From the NCBI RefSeq assembly GCF_009914755.1, contig NC_060935.1: a stretch of 64,000 bases of DNA. One strand, given 5' to 3'. The notes beneath the pieces are model-generated. The model saw only the letters and a list, made by a program, of their open reading frames with translations, had not been told where the DNA came from and searched no databases. Every line of letters starts with the position of its first letter. Within the stretch, counting starts at the first letter, position 1. The stretch is from the human T2T-CHM13v2.0 reference genome, Homo sapiens. A program made the position numbers and the translations under genes. Of the stretch, positions 25,501 to 39,946 are shown piece after piece.

Positions 25501-28500
25501 TGAACCTTGCTTTCATAGTTCAGCTTTCAAACACTCTTTTTGTAGAATCTGCAAGTGGATATTTGGACCACTTTGTGGCCTTCCTTCGAAACGGGTATAT
25601 CTTCACATCAAACCTAGACAGAAGCATTCTCAGAATGTTTCCTGTGATGACTGCATTCAACTCACAGAGGTGAACAATCCTGCTGATGGAGCAGTTTTGA
25701 AACTCTCTTTCTTTGGATTCTGCAAGTGGATATGTGGACCTCTGTGAAGATTTCGTTGGAAACGGGTTCATCTTCACAGAAAAACTAAACAGAAGCATTC
25801 TCAGAAACTGCTTTGTGATGTTTGTGTTCCACTTCAGGAATTGAACTTTCCTCTTGACAGAGCAGCTCTGAAACCCTCTTATTCTAGAATCTGCAAGTGG
25901 ACATTTGGAGGGCTTTGAGGCCTGTGGTGGAAAAGGAAAATCTTCACATAAAAACTAGATGGAAGCATTCTCAGAAACTACTTTGTGATGATTGCATTCG
26001 ACTCACAGAGTTGAACATTCCTATAGATAGAGCAGGTTGTAAACAATCTTTTTGTAGAATCTGCGATTGGAGATTTGGACTGCTTTGAGGCCTACTGTAG
26101 TAAAGGAAATAACTTCATCTAAAAACCAAACGGAAGCATTCACAGACAATTCTTAGTGATCATTGCATTGAACTAACAGAGCTGAACATTCCTTTAGATG
26201 GAGCAGTTTCCAAACACACTTTCTGTAGAACCTGCAAGTGGTTATTTGGACCTCTCTGAGGATTTCGTTGGAAACGGGATAAACTTCCCAGAACTACACG
26301 GAAGCATTGTGAGAAACTTCTTTGTGATGTTTGCATTCAACTCACAGAGTTGAACCTTGCTTTCATAGTTCAGCTTTCAAACACTCTTTTTGTAGAATCT
26401 GCAAGTGGATATTTGGACCACTTTGTGGCCTTCCTTCGAAACGGGTATATCTTCACATCAAACCTAGACAGAAGCATTCTCAGAATGTTTCCTGTGATGA
26501 CTGCATTCAACTCACAGAGGTGAACAATCCTGCTGATGGAGCAGTTTTGAAACTCTCTTTCTTTGGATTCTGCAAGTGGATATGTGGACCTCTGTGAAGA
26601 TTTCGTTGGAAACGGGTTCATCTTCACAGAAAAACTAAACAGAAGCATTCTCAGAAACTGCTTTGTGATGTTTGTGTTCCACTTCAGGAATTGAACTTTC
26701 CTCTTGACAGAGCAGCTCTGAAACCCTCTTATTCTAGAATCTGCAAGTGGACATTTGGAGGGCTTTGAGGCCTGTGGTGGAAAAGGAAAATCTTCACATA
26801 AAAACTAGATGGAAGCATTCTCAGAAACTACTTTGTGATAATTGCATTCGACTCACAGAGTTGAACATTCCTATAGATAGAGCAGGTTGTAAACAATCTT
26901 TTTGTAGAATCTGCGATTGGAGATTCGGACTGCTTTGAGGCCTACTGTAGTAAAGGAAATAACTTCATCTAAAAACCAAACGGAAGCATTCACAGACAAT
27001 TCTTAGTGATCATTGCATTGAACTAACAGAGCTGAACATTCCTTTAGATGGAGCAGTTTCCAAACACACTTTCTGTAGAACCTGCAAGTGGATATTTGGA
27101 CCTCTCTGAGGATTTCGTTGGAAAAGGGATAAACTTCCCAGAACTACACGGAAGCATGCTGAGAAACTTCTTTGTGATGTTTGCATTCAACTCACAGAGT
27201 TGAACCTTGCTTTCATAGTTCAGCTTTCAAACACTCTTTTTGTAGAATCTGCAAGTGGATATTTGGACCACTTTGTGGCCTTCCTTCGAAACGGGTATAT
27301 CTTCACATCAAACCTAGACAGAAGCATTCTCAGAATGTTTCCTGTGATGACTGCATTCAACTCACAGAGGTGAACAATCCTGCTGATGGAGCAGTTTTGA
27401 AACTCTCTTTCTTTGGATTCTGCAAGTGGATATGTGGACCTCTGTGAAGATTTCGTTGGAAATGGGTTCATCTTCACAGAAAAACTAAACAGAAACATTC
27501 TCACAAACTGCTTTGTGATGTTTGTGTTCCACTTCAGGAATTGAACTTTCCTCTTGACAGAGCAGCTCTGAAACCCTCTTATTCTAGAATCTGCAAGTGG
27601 ACATTTGGAGGGCTTTGAGGCCTGTGGTGGAAAAGGAAAATCTTCACATAAAAACTAGATGGAAGCATTCTCAGAAACTACTTTGTGATGACTGCATTCG
27701 ACTCACAGAGTTGAACATTCCTATAGATAGAGCAGGTTGTAAACAATCTTTTTCTAGAATCTGCGATTGGAGATTTGGACTGCTTTGAGGCCTACTGTAG
27801 TAAAGGAAATAACTTCATCTAAAAACCAAACGGAAGCATTCACAGACAATTCTTAGTGATCATTGCATTGAACTAACAGAGCTGAACATTCCTTTAGATG
27901 ACGCAGTTTCCAAACACACTTTCTGTAGGATCTGCAAGTGGATATTTGGACTTCTCTGAGGATTTCGTTGGAAACGGGATAAACTTCCCAGAACTACACG
28001 GAAGCATGCTGAGAAACTTCTTTGTGATGTTTGCATTCAACTCACAGAGTTGAACCTTGCTTTCATAGTTCAGCTTTCAAACACTCTTTTTGTAGAATCT
28101 GCAAGTGGATATTTGGACCACTTTGTGGCCTTCCTTCGAAAAGGTATATCTTCACATCAAACCTAGACAGAAGCATTCTCAGAATGTTTCCTGTGATGAC
28201 TGCATTCAACTCACAGAGGTGAACAATCCTGCTGATGGAGCAGTTTTGAAACTCTCTTTCTTTGGATTCTGCAAGTGGATATGTGGACCTCTGTGAAGAT
28301 TTCGTTGGAAACGGGTTCATCTTCACAGAAAAACTAAACAGGAGCATTCTCAGAAACTGCTTTGTGATGTTTGTGTTCCACTTCAAGAACTGAACTTTCC
28401 TCTTGACAGAGCAGCTCTGAAACCCTATTTTTCTAAAATCTGCAAGTGGACATTTGGAGGGCTTTGAGGCCTGTGGTGGAAAAGGAAAATCTTCACATAA

Positions 28501-30590
28501 AAACTAGATGGAAGCATTCTCAGAAACTACTTTGTGATGATTGCATTCGACTCACAGAGTTGAACATTCCTATAGATAGAGCAGGTTGTAAACAATCTTT
28601 TTGTAGAATCTGCGATTGGAGATTTGGACTGCTTTGAGGCCTACTGTAGTAAAGGAAATAACTTCATCTAAAAACCAAACGGAAGCATTCACAGACAATT
28701 CTTAGTGATCATTGCATTGAACTAACACAGCTGAACATTCCTTTAGATGGAGCAGTTTCCAAACACACTTTCTGTAGAACCTGCAAGTGGATATTTGGAC
28801 CTCTCTGAGGATTTCGTTGGAAAAGGGATAAACTTCCCAGAACTACACGGAAGCATTGTGAGAAACTTCTTTGTGATGTTTGCATTCAACTCACAGAGTT
28901 GAACCTTGCTTTCATAGTTCAGCTTTCAAACACTCTTTTTGTAGAATCTGCAAGTGGATATTTGGACCACTTTGTGGCCTTCCTTCGAAACGGGTATATC
29001 TTCACATCAAACCTAGACAGAAGCATTCTCAGAATGTTTCCTGTGATGACTGCATTCAACTCACAGAGGTGAACAATCCTGCTGATGGAGCAGTTTTGAA
29101 ACTCTCTTTCTTTGGATTCTGCAAGTGGATATGTGGACCTCTGTGAAGATTTCGTTGGAAACGGGTTCATCTTCACAGAAAAACTAAACAGAAGCATTCT
29201 CAGAAACTGCTTTGTGATGTTTGTGTTCCACTTCAGGAATTGAACTTTCCTCTTGACAGAGCAGCTCTGAAACCCTCTTATTCTAGAATCTGCAAGTGGA
29301 CATTTGGAGGGCTTTGAGGCCTGTGGTGGAAAAGGAAAATCTTCACATAAAAACTAGATGGAAGCATTCTCAGAAACTACTTTGTGATGATTGCATTCGA
29401 CTCACAGAGTTGAACATTCCTATAGATAGAGCAGGTTGTAAACAATCTTTTTGTAGAATCTGCGATTGGAGATTTGGACTGCTTTGAGGCCTACTGTAGT
29501 AAAGGAAATAACTTCATCTAAAAACCAAACGGAAGCATTCACAGACAATTCTTAGTGATCATTGCATTGAACTAACAGAGCTGAACATTCCTTTAGATGG
29601 AGCAGTTTCCAAACACACTTTCTGTAGAACCTGCAAGTGGTTATTTGGACCTCTCTGAGGATTTCGTTGGAAACGGGATAAACTTCCCAGAACTACACGG
29701 AAGCATTGTGAGAAACTTCTTTGTGATGTTTGCATTCAACTCACAGAGTTGAACCTTGCTTTCATAGTTCAGCTTTCAAACACTCTTTTTGTAGAATCTG
29801 CAAGTGGATATTTGGACCACTTTGTGGCCTTCCTTCGAAACGGGTATATCTTCACATCAAACCTAGACAGAAGCATTCTCAGAATGTTTCCTGTGATGAC
29901 TGCATTCAACTCACAGAGGTGAACAATCCTGCTGATGGAGCAGTTTTGAAACTCTCTTTCTTTGGATTCTGCAAGTGGATATGTGGACCTCTGTGAAGAT
30001 TTCGTTGGAAACGGGTTCATCTTCACAGAAAAACTAAACAGAAGCATTCTCAGAAACTGCTTTGTGATGTTTGTGTTCCACCTCAGGAATTGAACTTTCC
30101 TCTTGACAGAGCAGCTCTGAAACCCTCTTATTCTAGAATCTGCAAGTGGACATTTGGAGGGCTTTGAGGCCTGTGGTGGAAAAGGAAAATCTTCACATAA
30201 AAACTAGATGGAAGCATTCTCAGAAACTACTTTGTGATAATTGCATTCGACTCACAGAGTTGAACATTCCTATAGATAGAGCAGGTTGTAAACAATCTTT
30301 TTGTAGAATCTGCGATTGGAGATTCGGACTGCTTTGAGGCCTACTGTAGTAAAGGAAATAACTTCATCTAAAAACCAAACGGAAGCATTCACAGACAATT
30401 CTTAGTGATCATTGCATTGAACTAACAGAGCTGAACATTCCTTTAGATGGAGCAGTTTCCAAACACACTTTCTGTAGAACCTGCAAGTGGATATTTGGAC
30501 CTCTCTGAGGATTTCGTTGGAAACGGGATAAACTTCCCAGAACTACACGGAAGCATGCTGAGAAACTTCTTTGTGATGTTTGCATTCAAC
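19550..30590 (+). repeat. 3-HOR (2549-bp) super-repeat changing into a 4-HOR (3399-bp) super-repeat
   Basis: A shared 1-bp deletion allele (cgaaaaggtat) is at ~19645, ~22194, ~24743 and ~28142, giving spacings of 2549, 2549 and 3399. Confidence 0.8.
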
Positions 30591-31446
30591 TCACAGAGTT
30601 GAACCTTGCTTTCATAGTTCAGCTTTCAAACACTCTTTTTGTAGAATCTGCAAGTGGATATTTGGACCACTTTGTGGCCTTCCTTCGAAACGGGTATATC
30701 TTCACATCAAACCTAGACAGAAGCATTCTCAGAATGTTTCCTGTGATGACTGCATTCAACTCACAGAGGTGAACAATCCTGCTGATGGAGCAGTTTTGAA
30801 ACTCTCTTTCTTTGGATTCTGCAAGTGGATATGTGTACCACTGTGAAGATTTCGTTGGAAACGGGTTCATCTTCACAGAAAAACTAAACAGAAGCATTCT
30901 CAGAAACTGCTTTGTGATGTTTGTGTTCCACTTCAGGAATTGAACTTTCCTCTTGACAGAGCAGCTCTGAAACCCTCTTATTCTAGAATCTGCAAGTGGA
31001 CATTTGGAGGGCTTTGAGGCCTGTGGTGGAAAAGGAAAATCTTCACATAAAAACTAGATGGAAGCATTCTCAGAAACTACTTTGTGATGATTGCATTCGA
31101 CTCACAGAGTTGAACATTCCTATAGATAGAGCAGGTTGTAAACAATCTTTTTGTAGAATCTGCGATTGGAGATTTGGACTGCTTTGAGGCCTACTGTAGT
31201 AAAGGAAATAACTTCATCTAAAAACCAAACGGAAGCATTCACAGACAATTCTTAGTGATCATTGCATTGAACTAACAGAGCTGAACATTCCTTTAGATGG
31301 AGCAGTTTCCAAACACACTTTCTGTAGAACCTGCAAGTGGATATTTGGACCTCTCTGAGGATTTCGTTGGAAAAGGGATAAACTTCCCAGAACTACACGG
31401 AAGCATTGTGAGAAACTTCTTTGTGATGTTTGCATTCAACTCACAG

Positions 31447-34400
31447 AGTTGAACCTTGCTTTCATAGTTCAGCTTTCAAACACTCTTTTTGTAGAATCTG
31501 CAAGTGGATATTTGGACCACTTTGTGGCCTTCCTTCGAAACGGGTATATCTTCACATCAAACCTAGACAGAAGCATTCTCAGAATGTTTCCTGTGATGAC
31601 TGCATTCAACTCACAGAGGTGAACAATCCTGCTGATGGAGCAGTTTTGAAACTCTCTTTCTTTGGATTCTGCAAGTGGATATGTGGACCTCTGTGAAGAT
31701 TTCGTTGGAAACGGGTTCATCTTCACAGAAAAACTAAACAGAAGCATTCACAGAAACTGCTTTGTGATGTTTGTGTTCCACTTCAGGAATTGAACTTTCC
31801 TCTTGACAGAGCAGCTCTGAAACCCTCTTATTCTAGAATCTGCAAGTGGACATTTGGAGGGCTTTGAGGCCTGTGGTGGAAAAGGAAAATCTTCACATAA
31901 AAACTAGATGGAAGCATTCTCAGAAACTACTTTGTGATGATTGCATTCGACTCACAGAGTTGAACATTCCTATAGATAGAGCAGGTTGTAAACAATCTTT
32001 TTGTAGAATCTGCGATTGGAGATTTGGACTGCTTTGAGGCCTACTGTAGTAAAGGAAATAACTTCATCTAAAAACCAAACGGAAGCATTCACAGACAATT
32101 CTTAGTGATCATTGCATTGAACTAACAGAGCTGAACATTCCTTTAGATGGAGCAGTTTCCAAACACACTTTCTGTAGAACCTGCAAGTGGATATTTGGAC
32201 CTCTCTGAGGATTTCGTTGGAAACGGGATAAACTTCCCAGAGCTACACGGAAGCATTGTGAGAAACTTCTTTGTGATGTTTGCATTCAACTCACAGAGTT
32301 GAACCTTGCTTTCATAGTTCAGCTTTCAAACACTCTTTTTGTAGAATCTGCAAGTGGATATTTGGACCACTTTGTGGCCTTCCTTCGAAACGGGTATATC
32401 TTCACATCAAACCTAGACAGAAGCATTCTCAGAATGTTTCCTGTGATGACTGCATTCAACTCACAGAGGTGAACAATCCTGCTGATGGAGCAGTTTTGAA
32501 ACTCTCTTTCTTTGGATTCTGCAAGTGGATATGTGGACCTCTGTGAAGATTTCGTTGGAAACGGGTTCATCTTCACAGAAAAACTAAACAGAAGCATTCT
32601 CAAAAACTGCTTTGTGATGTTTGTGTTCCACTTCAGGAATTGAACTTTCCTCTTGACAGAGCAGCTCTGAAACCCTCTTATTCTAGAATCTGCAAGTGGA
32701 CATTTGGAGGGCTTTGAGGCCTGTGGTGGAAAAGGAAAATCTTCACATAAAAACTAGATGGAAGCATTCTCAGAAACTACTTTGTGATGATTGCATTCGA
32801 CTCACAGAGTTGAACATTCCTATAGATAGAGCAGGTTGTAAACAATCTTTTTGTAGAATCTGCGATTGGAGATTCGGACTGCTTTGAGGCCTACTGTAGT
32901 AAAGGAAATAACTTCATCTAAAAACCAAACGGAAGCATTCACAGACAATTCTTAGTGATCATTGCATTGAACTAACAGAGCTGAACATTCCTTTAGATGG
33001 AGCAGTTTCCAAACACACTTTCTGTAGAACCTGCAAGTGGATATTTGGACCTCTCTGAGGATTTCGTTGGAAACGGGATAAACTTCCCAGAACTACACGG
33101 AAGCATGCTGAGAAACTTCTTTGTGATGTTTGCATTCAACTCACAGAGTTGAACCTTGCTTTCATAGTTCAGCTTTCAAACACTCTTTTTGTAGAATCTG
33201 CAAGTGGATATTTGGACCACTTTGTGGCCTTCCTTCGAAACGGGTATATCTTCACATCAAACCTAGACAGAAGCATTCTCAGAATGTTTCCTGTGATGAC
33301 TGCATTCAACTCACAGAGGTGAACAATCCTGCTGATGGAGCAGTTTTGAAACTCTCTTTCTTTGGATTCTGCAAGTGGATATGTGGACCTCTGTGAAGAT
33401 TTCGTTGGAAACGGGTTCATCTTCACAGAAAAACTAAACAGAAGCATTCTCAGAAACTGCTTTGTGATGTTTGTGTTCCACTTCAGGAATTGAACTTTCC
33501 TCTTGACAGAGCAGCTCTGAAACCCTCTTATTCTAGAATCTGCAAGTGGACATTTGGAGGGCTTTGAGGCCTGTGGTGGAAAAGGAAAATCTTCACATAA
33601 AAACTAGATGGAAGCATTCTCAGAAACTACTTTGTGATGATTGCATTCGACTCACAGAGTTGAACATTCCTATAGATAGAGCAGGTTGTAAACAATCTTT
33701 TTGTAGAATCTGCGATTGGAGATTTGGACTGCTTTGAGGCCTACTGTAGTAAAGGAAATAACTTCATCTAAAAACCAAACGGAAGCATTCACAGACAATT
33801 CTTAGTGATCATTGCATTGAACTAACAGAGCTGAACATTCCTTTAGATGGAGCAGTTTCCAAACACACTTTCTGTAGAACCTGCAAGTGGTTATTTGGAC
33901 CTCTCTGAGGATTTCGTTGGAAACGGGATAAACTTCCCAGAACTACACGGAAGCATTGTGAGAAACTTCTTTGTGATGTTTGCATTCAACTCACAGAGTT
34001 GAACCTTGCTTTCATAGTTCAGCTTTCAAACACTCTTTTTGTAGAATCTGCAAGTGGATATTTGGACCACTTTGTGGCCTTCCTTCGAAACGGGTATATC
34101 TTCACATCAAACCTAGACAGAAGCATTCTCAGAATGTTTCCTGTGATGACTGCATTCAACTCACAGAGGTGAACAATCCTGCTGATGGAGCAGTTTTGAA
34201 ACTCTCTTTCTTTGGATTCTGCAAGTGGATATGTGGACCTCTGTGAAGATTTCGTTGGAAACGGGTTCATCTTCACAGAAAAACTAAACAGAAGCATTCT
34301 CAGAAACTGCTTTGTGATGTTTGTGTTCCACTTCAGGAATTGAACTTTCCTCTTGACAGAGCAGCTCTGAAACCCTCTTATTCTAGAATCTGCAAGTGGA

Positions 34401-37400
34401 CATTTGGAGGGCTTTGAGGCCTGTGGTGGAAAAGGAAAATCTTCACATAAAAACTAGATGGAAGCATTCTCAGAAACTACTTTGTGATGATTGCATTCGA
34501 CTCACAGAGTTGAACATTCCTATAGATAGAGCAGGTTGTAAACAATCTTTTTGTAGAATCTGCGATTGGAGATTTGGACTGCTTTGAGGCCTACTGTAGT
34601 AAAGGAAATAACTTCATCTAAAAACCAAACGGAAGCATTCACAGACAATTCTTAGTGATCATTGCATTGAACTAACAGAGCTGAACATTCCTTTAGATGG
34701 AGCAGTTTCCAAACACACTTTCTGTAGAACCTGCAAGTGGTTATTTGGACCTCTCTGAGGATTTCGTTGGAAACGGGATAAACTTCCCAGAACTACACGG
34801 AAGCATTGTGAGAAACTTCTTTGTGATGTTTGCATTCAACTCACAGAGTTGAACCTTGCTTTCATAGTTCAGCTTTCAAACACTCTTTTTGTAGAATCTG
34901 CAAGTGGATATTTGGACCACTTTGTGGCCTTCCTTCGAAACGGGTATATCTTCACATCAAACCTAGACAGAAGCATTCTCAGAATGTTTCCTGTGATGAC
35001 TGCATTCAACTCACAGAGGTGAACAATCCTGCTGATGGAGCAGTTTTGAAACTCTCTTTCTTTGGATTCTGCAAGTGGATATGTGGACCTCTGTGAAGAT
35101 TTCGTTGGAAACGGGTTCATCTTCACAGAAAAACTAAACAGAAGCATTCTCAGAAACTGCTTTGTGATGTTTGTGTTCCACTTCAGGAATTGAACTTTCC
35201 TCTTGACAGAGCAGCTCTGAAACCCTCTTATTCTAGAATCTGCAAGTGGACATTTGGAGGGCTTTGAGGCCTGTGGTGGAAAAGGAAAATCTTCACATAA
35301 AAACTAGATGGAAGCATTCTCAGAAACTACTTTGTGATAATTGCATTCGACTCACAGAGTTGAACATTCCTATAGATAGAGCAGGTTGTAAACAATCTTT
35401 TTGTAGAATCTGCGATTGGAGATTCGGACTGCTTTGAGGCCTACTGTAGTAAAGGAAATAACTTCATCTAAAAACCAAACGGAAGCATTCACAGACAATT
35501 CTTAGTGATCATTGCATTGAACTAACAGAGCTGAACATTCCTTTAGATGGAGCAGTTTCCAAACACACTTTCTGTAGAACCTGCAAGTGGATATTTGGAC
35601 CTCTCTGAGGATTTCGTTGGAAACGGGATAAACTTCCCAGAACTACACGGAAGCATGCTGAGAAACTTCTTTGTGATGTTTGCATTCAACTCACAGAGTT
35701 GAACCTTGCTTTCATAGTTCAGCTTTCAAACACTCTTTTTGTAGAATCTGCAAGTGGATATTTGGACCACTTTGTGGCCTTCCTTCGAAACGGGTATATC
35801 TTCACATCAAACCTAGACAGAAGCATTCTCAGAATGTTTCCTGTGATGACTGCATTCAACTCACAGAGGTGAACAATCCTGCTGATGGAGCAGTTTTGAA
35901 ACTCTCTTTCTTTGGATTCTGCAAGTGGATATGTGGACCTCTGTGAAGATTTCGTTGGAAACGGGTTCATCTTCACAGAAAAACTAAACAGAAGCATTCA
36001 CAGAAACTGCTTTGTGATGTTTGTGTTCCACTTCAGGAATTGAACTTTCCTCTTGACAGAGCAGCTCTGAAACCCTCTTATTCTAGAATCTGCAAGTGGA
36101 CATTTGGAGGGCTTTGAGGCCTGTGGTGGAAAAGGAAAATCTTCACATAAAAACTAGATGGAAGCATTCTCAGAAACTACTTTGTGATGATTGCATTCGA
36201 CTCACAGAGTTGAACATTCCTATAGATAGAGCAGGTTGTAAACAATCTTTTTGTAGAATCTGCGATTGGAGATTTGGACTGCTTTGAGGCCTACTGTAGT
36301 AAAGGAAATAACTTCATCTAAAAACCAAACGGAAGCATTCACAGACAATTCTTAGTGATCATTGCATTGAACTAACAGAGCTGAACATTCCTTTAGATGG
36401 AGCAGTTTCCAAACACACTTTCTGTAGAACCTGCAAGTGGATATTTGGACCTCTCTGAGGATTTCGTTGGAAACGGGATAAACTTCCCAGAGCTACACGG
36501 AAGCATTGTGAGAAACTTCTTTGTGATGTTTGCATTCAACTCACAGAGTTGAACCTTGCTTTCATAGTTCAGCTTTCAAACACTCTTTTTGTAGAATCTG
36601 CAAGTGGATATTTGGACCACTTTGTGGCCTTCCTTCGAAACGGGTATATCTTCACATCAAACCTAGACAGAAGCATTCTCAGAATGTTTCCTGTGATGAC
36701 TGCATTCAACTCACAGAGGTGAACAATCCTGCTGATGGAGCAGTTTTGAAACTCTCTTTCTTTGGATTCTGCAAGTGGATATGTGGACCTCTGTGAAGAT
36801 TTCGTTGGAAACGGGTTCATCTTCACAGAAAAACTAAACAGAAGCATTCTCAAAAACTGCTTTGTGATGTTTGTGTTCCACTTCAGGAATTGAACTTTCC
36901 TCTTGACAGAGCAGCTCTGAAACCCTCTTATTCTAGAATCTGCAAGTGGACATTTGGAGGGCTTTGAGGCCTGTGGTGGAAAAGGAAAATCTTCACATAA
37001 AAACTAGATGGAAGCATTCTCAGAAACTACTTTGTGATGATTGCATTCGACTCACAGAGTTGAACATTCCTATAGATAGAGCAGGTTGTAAACAATCTTT
37101 TTGTAGAATCTGCGATTGGAGATTCGGACTGCTTTGAGGCCTACTGTAGTAAAGGAAATAACTTCATCTAAAAACCAAACGGAAGCATTCACAGACAATT
37201 CTTAGTGATCATTGCATTGAACTAACAGAGCTGAACATTCCTTTAGATGGAGCAGTTTCCAAACACACTTTCTGTAGAACCTGCAAGTGGATATTTGGAC
37301 CTCTCTGAGGATTTCGTTGGAAACGGGATAAACTTCCCAGAACTACACGGAAGCATGCTGAGAAACTTCTTTGTGATGTTTGCATTCAACTCACAGAGTT

Positions 37401-39946
37401 GAACCTTGCTTTCATAGTTCAGCTTTCAAACACTCTTTTTGTAGAATCTGCAAGTGGATATTTGGACCACTTTGTGGCCTTCCTTCGAAACGGGTATATC
37501 TTCACATCAAACCTAGACAGAAGCATTCTCAGAATGTTTCCTGTGATGACTGCATTCAACTCACAGAGGTGAACAATCCTGCTGATGGAGCAGTTTTGAA
37601 ACTCTCTTTCTTTGGATTCTGCAAGTGGATATGTGGACCTCTGTGAAGATTTCGTTGGAAACGGGTTCATCTTCACAGAAAAACTAAACAGAAGCATTCT
37701 CAGAAACTGCTTTGTGATGTTTGTGTTCCACTTCAGGAATTGAACTTTCCTCTTGACAGAGCAGCTCTGAAACCCTCTTATTCTAGAATCTGCAAGTGGA
37801 CATTTGGAGGGCTTTGAGGCCTGTGGTGGAAAAGGAAAATCTTCACATAAAAACTAGATGGAAGCATTCTCAGAAACTACTTTGTGATGATTGCATTCGA
37901 CTCACAGAGTTGAACATTCCTATAGATAGAGCAGGTTGTAAACAATCTTTTTGTAGAATCTGCGATTGGAGATTTGGACTGCTTTGAGGCCTACTGTAGT
38001 AAAGGAAATAACTTCATCTAAAAACCAAACGGAAGCATTCACAGACAATTCTTAGTGATCATTGCATTGAACTAACAGAGCTGAACATTCCTTTAGATGG
38101 AGCAGTTTCCAAACACACTTTCTGTAGAACCTGCAAGTGGTTATTTGGACCTCTCTGAGGATTTCGTTGGAAACGGGATAAACTTCCCAGAACTACACGG
38201 AAGCATTGTGAGAAACTTCTTTGTGATGTTTGCATTCAACTCACAGAGTTGAACCTTGCTTTCATAGTTCAGCTTTCAAACACTCTTTTTGTAGAATCTG
38301 CAAGTGGATATTTGGACCACTTTGTGGCCTTCCTTCGAAACGGGTATATCTTCACATCAAACCTAGACAGAAGCATTCTCAGAATGTTTCCTGTGATGAC
38401 TGCATTCAACTCACAGAGGTGAACAATCCTGCTGATGGAGCAGTTTTGAAACTCTCTTTCTTTGGATTCTGCAAGTGGATATGTGGACCTCTGTGAAGAT
38501 TTCGTTGGAAACGGGTTCATCTTCACAGAAAAACTAAACAGAAGCATTCTCAGAAACTGCTTTGTGATGTTTGTGTTCCACTTCAGGAATTGAACTTTCC
38601 TCTTGACAGAGCAGCTCTGAAACCCTCTTATTCTAGAATCTGCAAGTGGACATTTGGAGGGCTTTGAGGCCTGTGGTGGAAAAGGAAAATCTTCACATAA
38701 AAACTAGATGGAAGCATTCTCAGAAACTACTTTGTGATGATTGCATTCGACTCACAGAGTTGAACATTCCTATAGATAGAGCAGGTTGTAAACAATCTTT
38801 TTGTAGAATCTGCGATTGGAGATTTGGACTGCTTTGAGGCCTACTGTAGTAAAGGAAATAACTTCATCTAAAAACCAAACGGAAGCATTCACAGACAATT
38901 CTTAGTGATCATTGCATTGAACTAACAGAGCTGAACATTCCTTTAGATGGAGCAGTTTCCAAACACACTTTCTGTAGAACCTGCAAGTGGTTATTTGGAC
39001 CTCTCTGAGGATTTCGTTGGAAACGGGATAAACTTCCCAGAACTACACGGAAGCATTGTGAGAAACTTCTTTGTGATGTTTGCATTCAACTCACAGAGTT
39101 GAACCTTGCTTTCATAGTTCAGCTTTCAAACACTCTTTTTGTAGAATCTGCAAGTGGATATTTGGACCACTTTGTGGCCTTCCTTCGAAACGGGTATATC
39201 TTCACATCAAACCTAGACAGAAGCATTCTCAGAATGTTTCCTGTGATGACTGCATTCAACTCACAGAGGTGAACAATCCTGCTGATGGAGCAGTTTTGAA
39301 ACTCTCTTTCTTTGGATTCTGCAAGTGGATATGTGGACCTCTGTGAAGATTTCGTTGGAAACGGGTTCATCTTCACAGAAAAACTAAACAGAAGCATTCT
39401 CAGAAACTGCTTTGTGATGTTTGTGTTCCACTTCAGGAATTGAACTTTCCTCTTGACAGAGCAGCTCTGAAACCCTCTTATTCTAGAATCTGCAAGTGGA
39501 CATTTGGAGGGCTTTGAGGCCTGTGGTGGAAAAGGAAAATCTTCACATAAAAACTAGATGGAAGCATTCTCAGAAACTACTTTGTGATAATTGCATTCGA
39601 CTCACAGAGTTGAACATTCCTATAGATAGAGCAGGTTGTAAACAATCTTTTTGTAGAATCTGCGATTGGAGATTCGGACTGCTTTGAGGCCTACTGTAGT
39701 AAAGGAAATAACTTCATCTAAAAACCAAACGGAAGCATTCACAGACAATTCTTAGTGATCATTGCATTGAACTAACAGAGCTGAACATTCCTTTAGATGG
39801 AGCAGTTTCCAAACACACTTTCTGTAGAACCTGCAAGTGGATATTTGGACCTCTCTGAGGATTTCGTTGGAAACGGGATAAACTTCCCAGAACTACACGG
39901 AAGCATGCTGAGAAACTTCTTTGTGATGTTTGCATTCAACTCACAG
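31447..39946 (+). repeat. 5-HOR (4250-bp) tandem duplication
   Basis: Markers are paired at +4250: 31750/36000, 32242/36492, 32603/36853, 33891/38141, 34741/38991 and 35339/39589. Confidence 0.88.
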
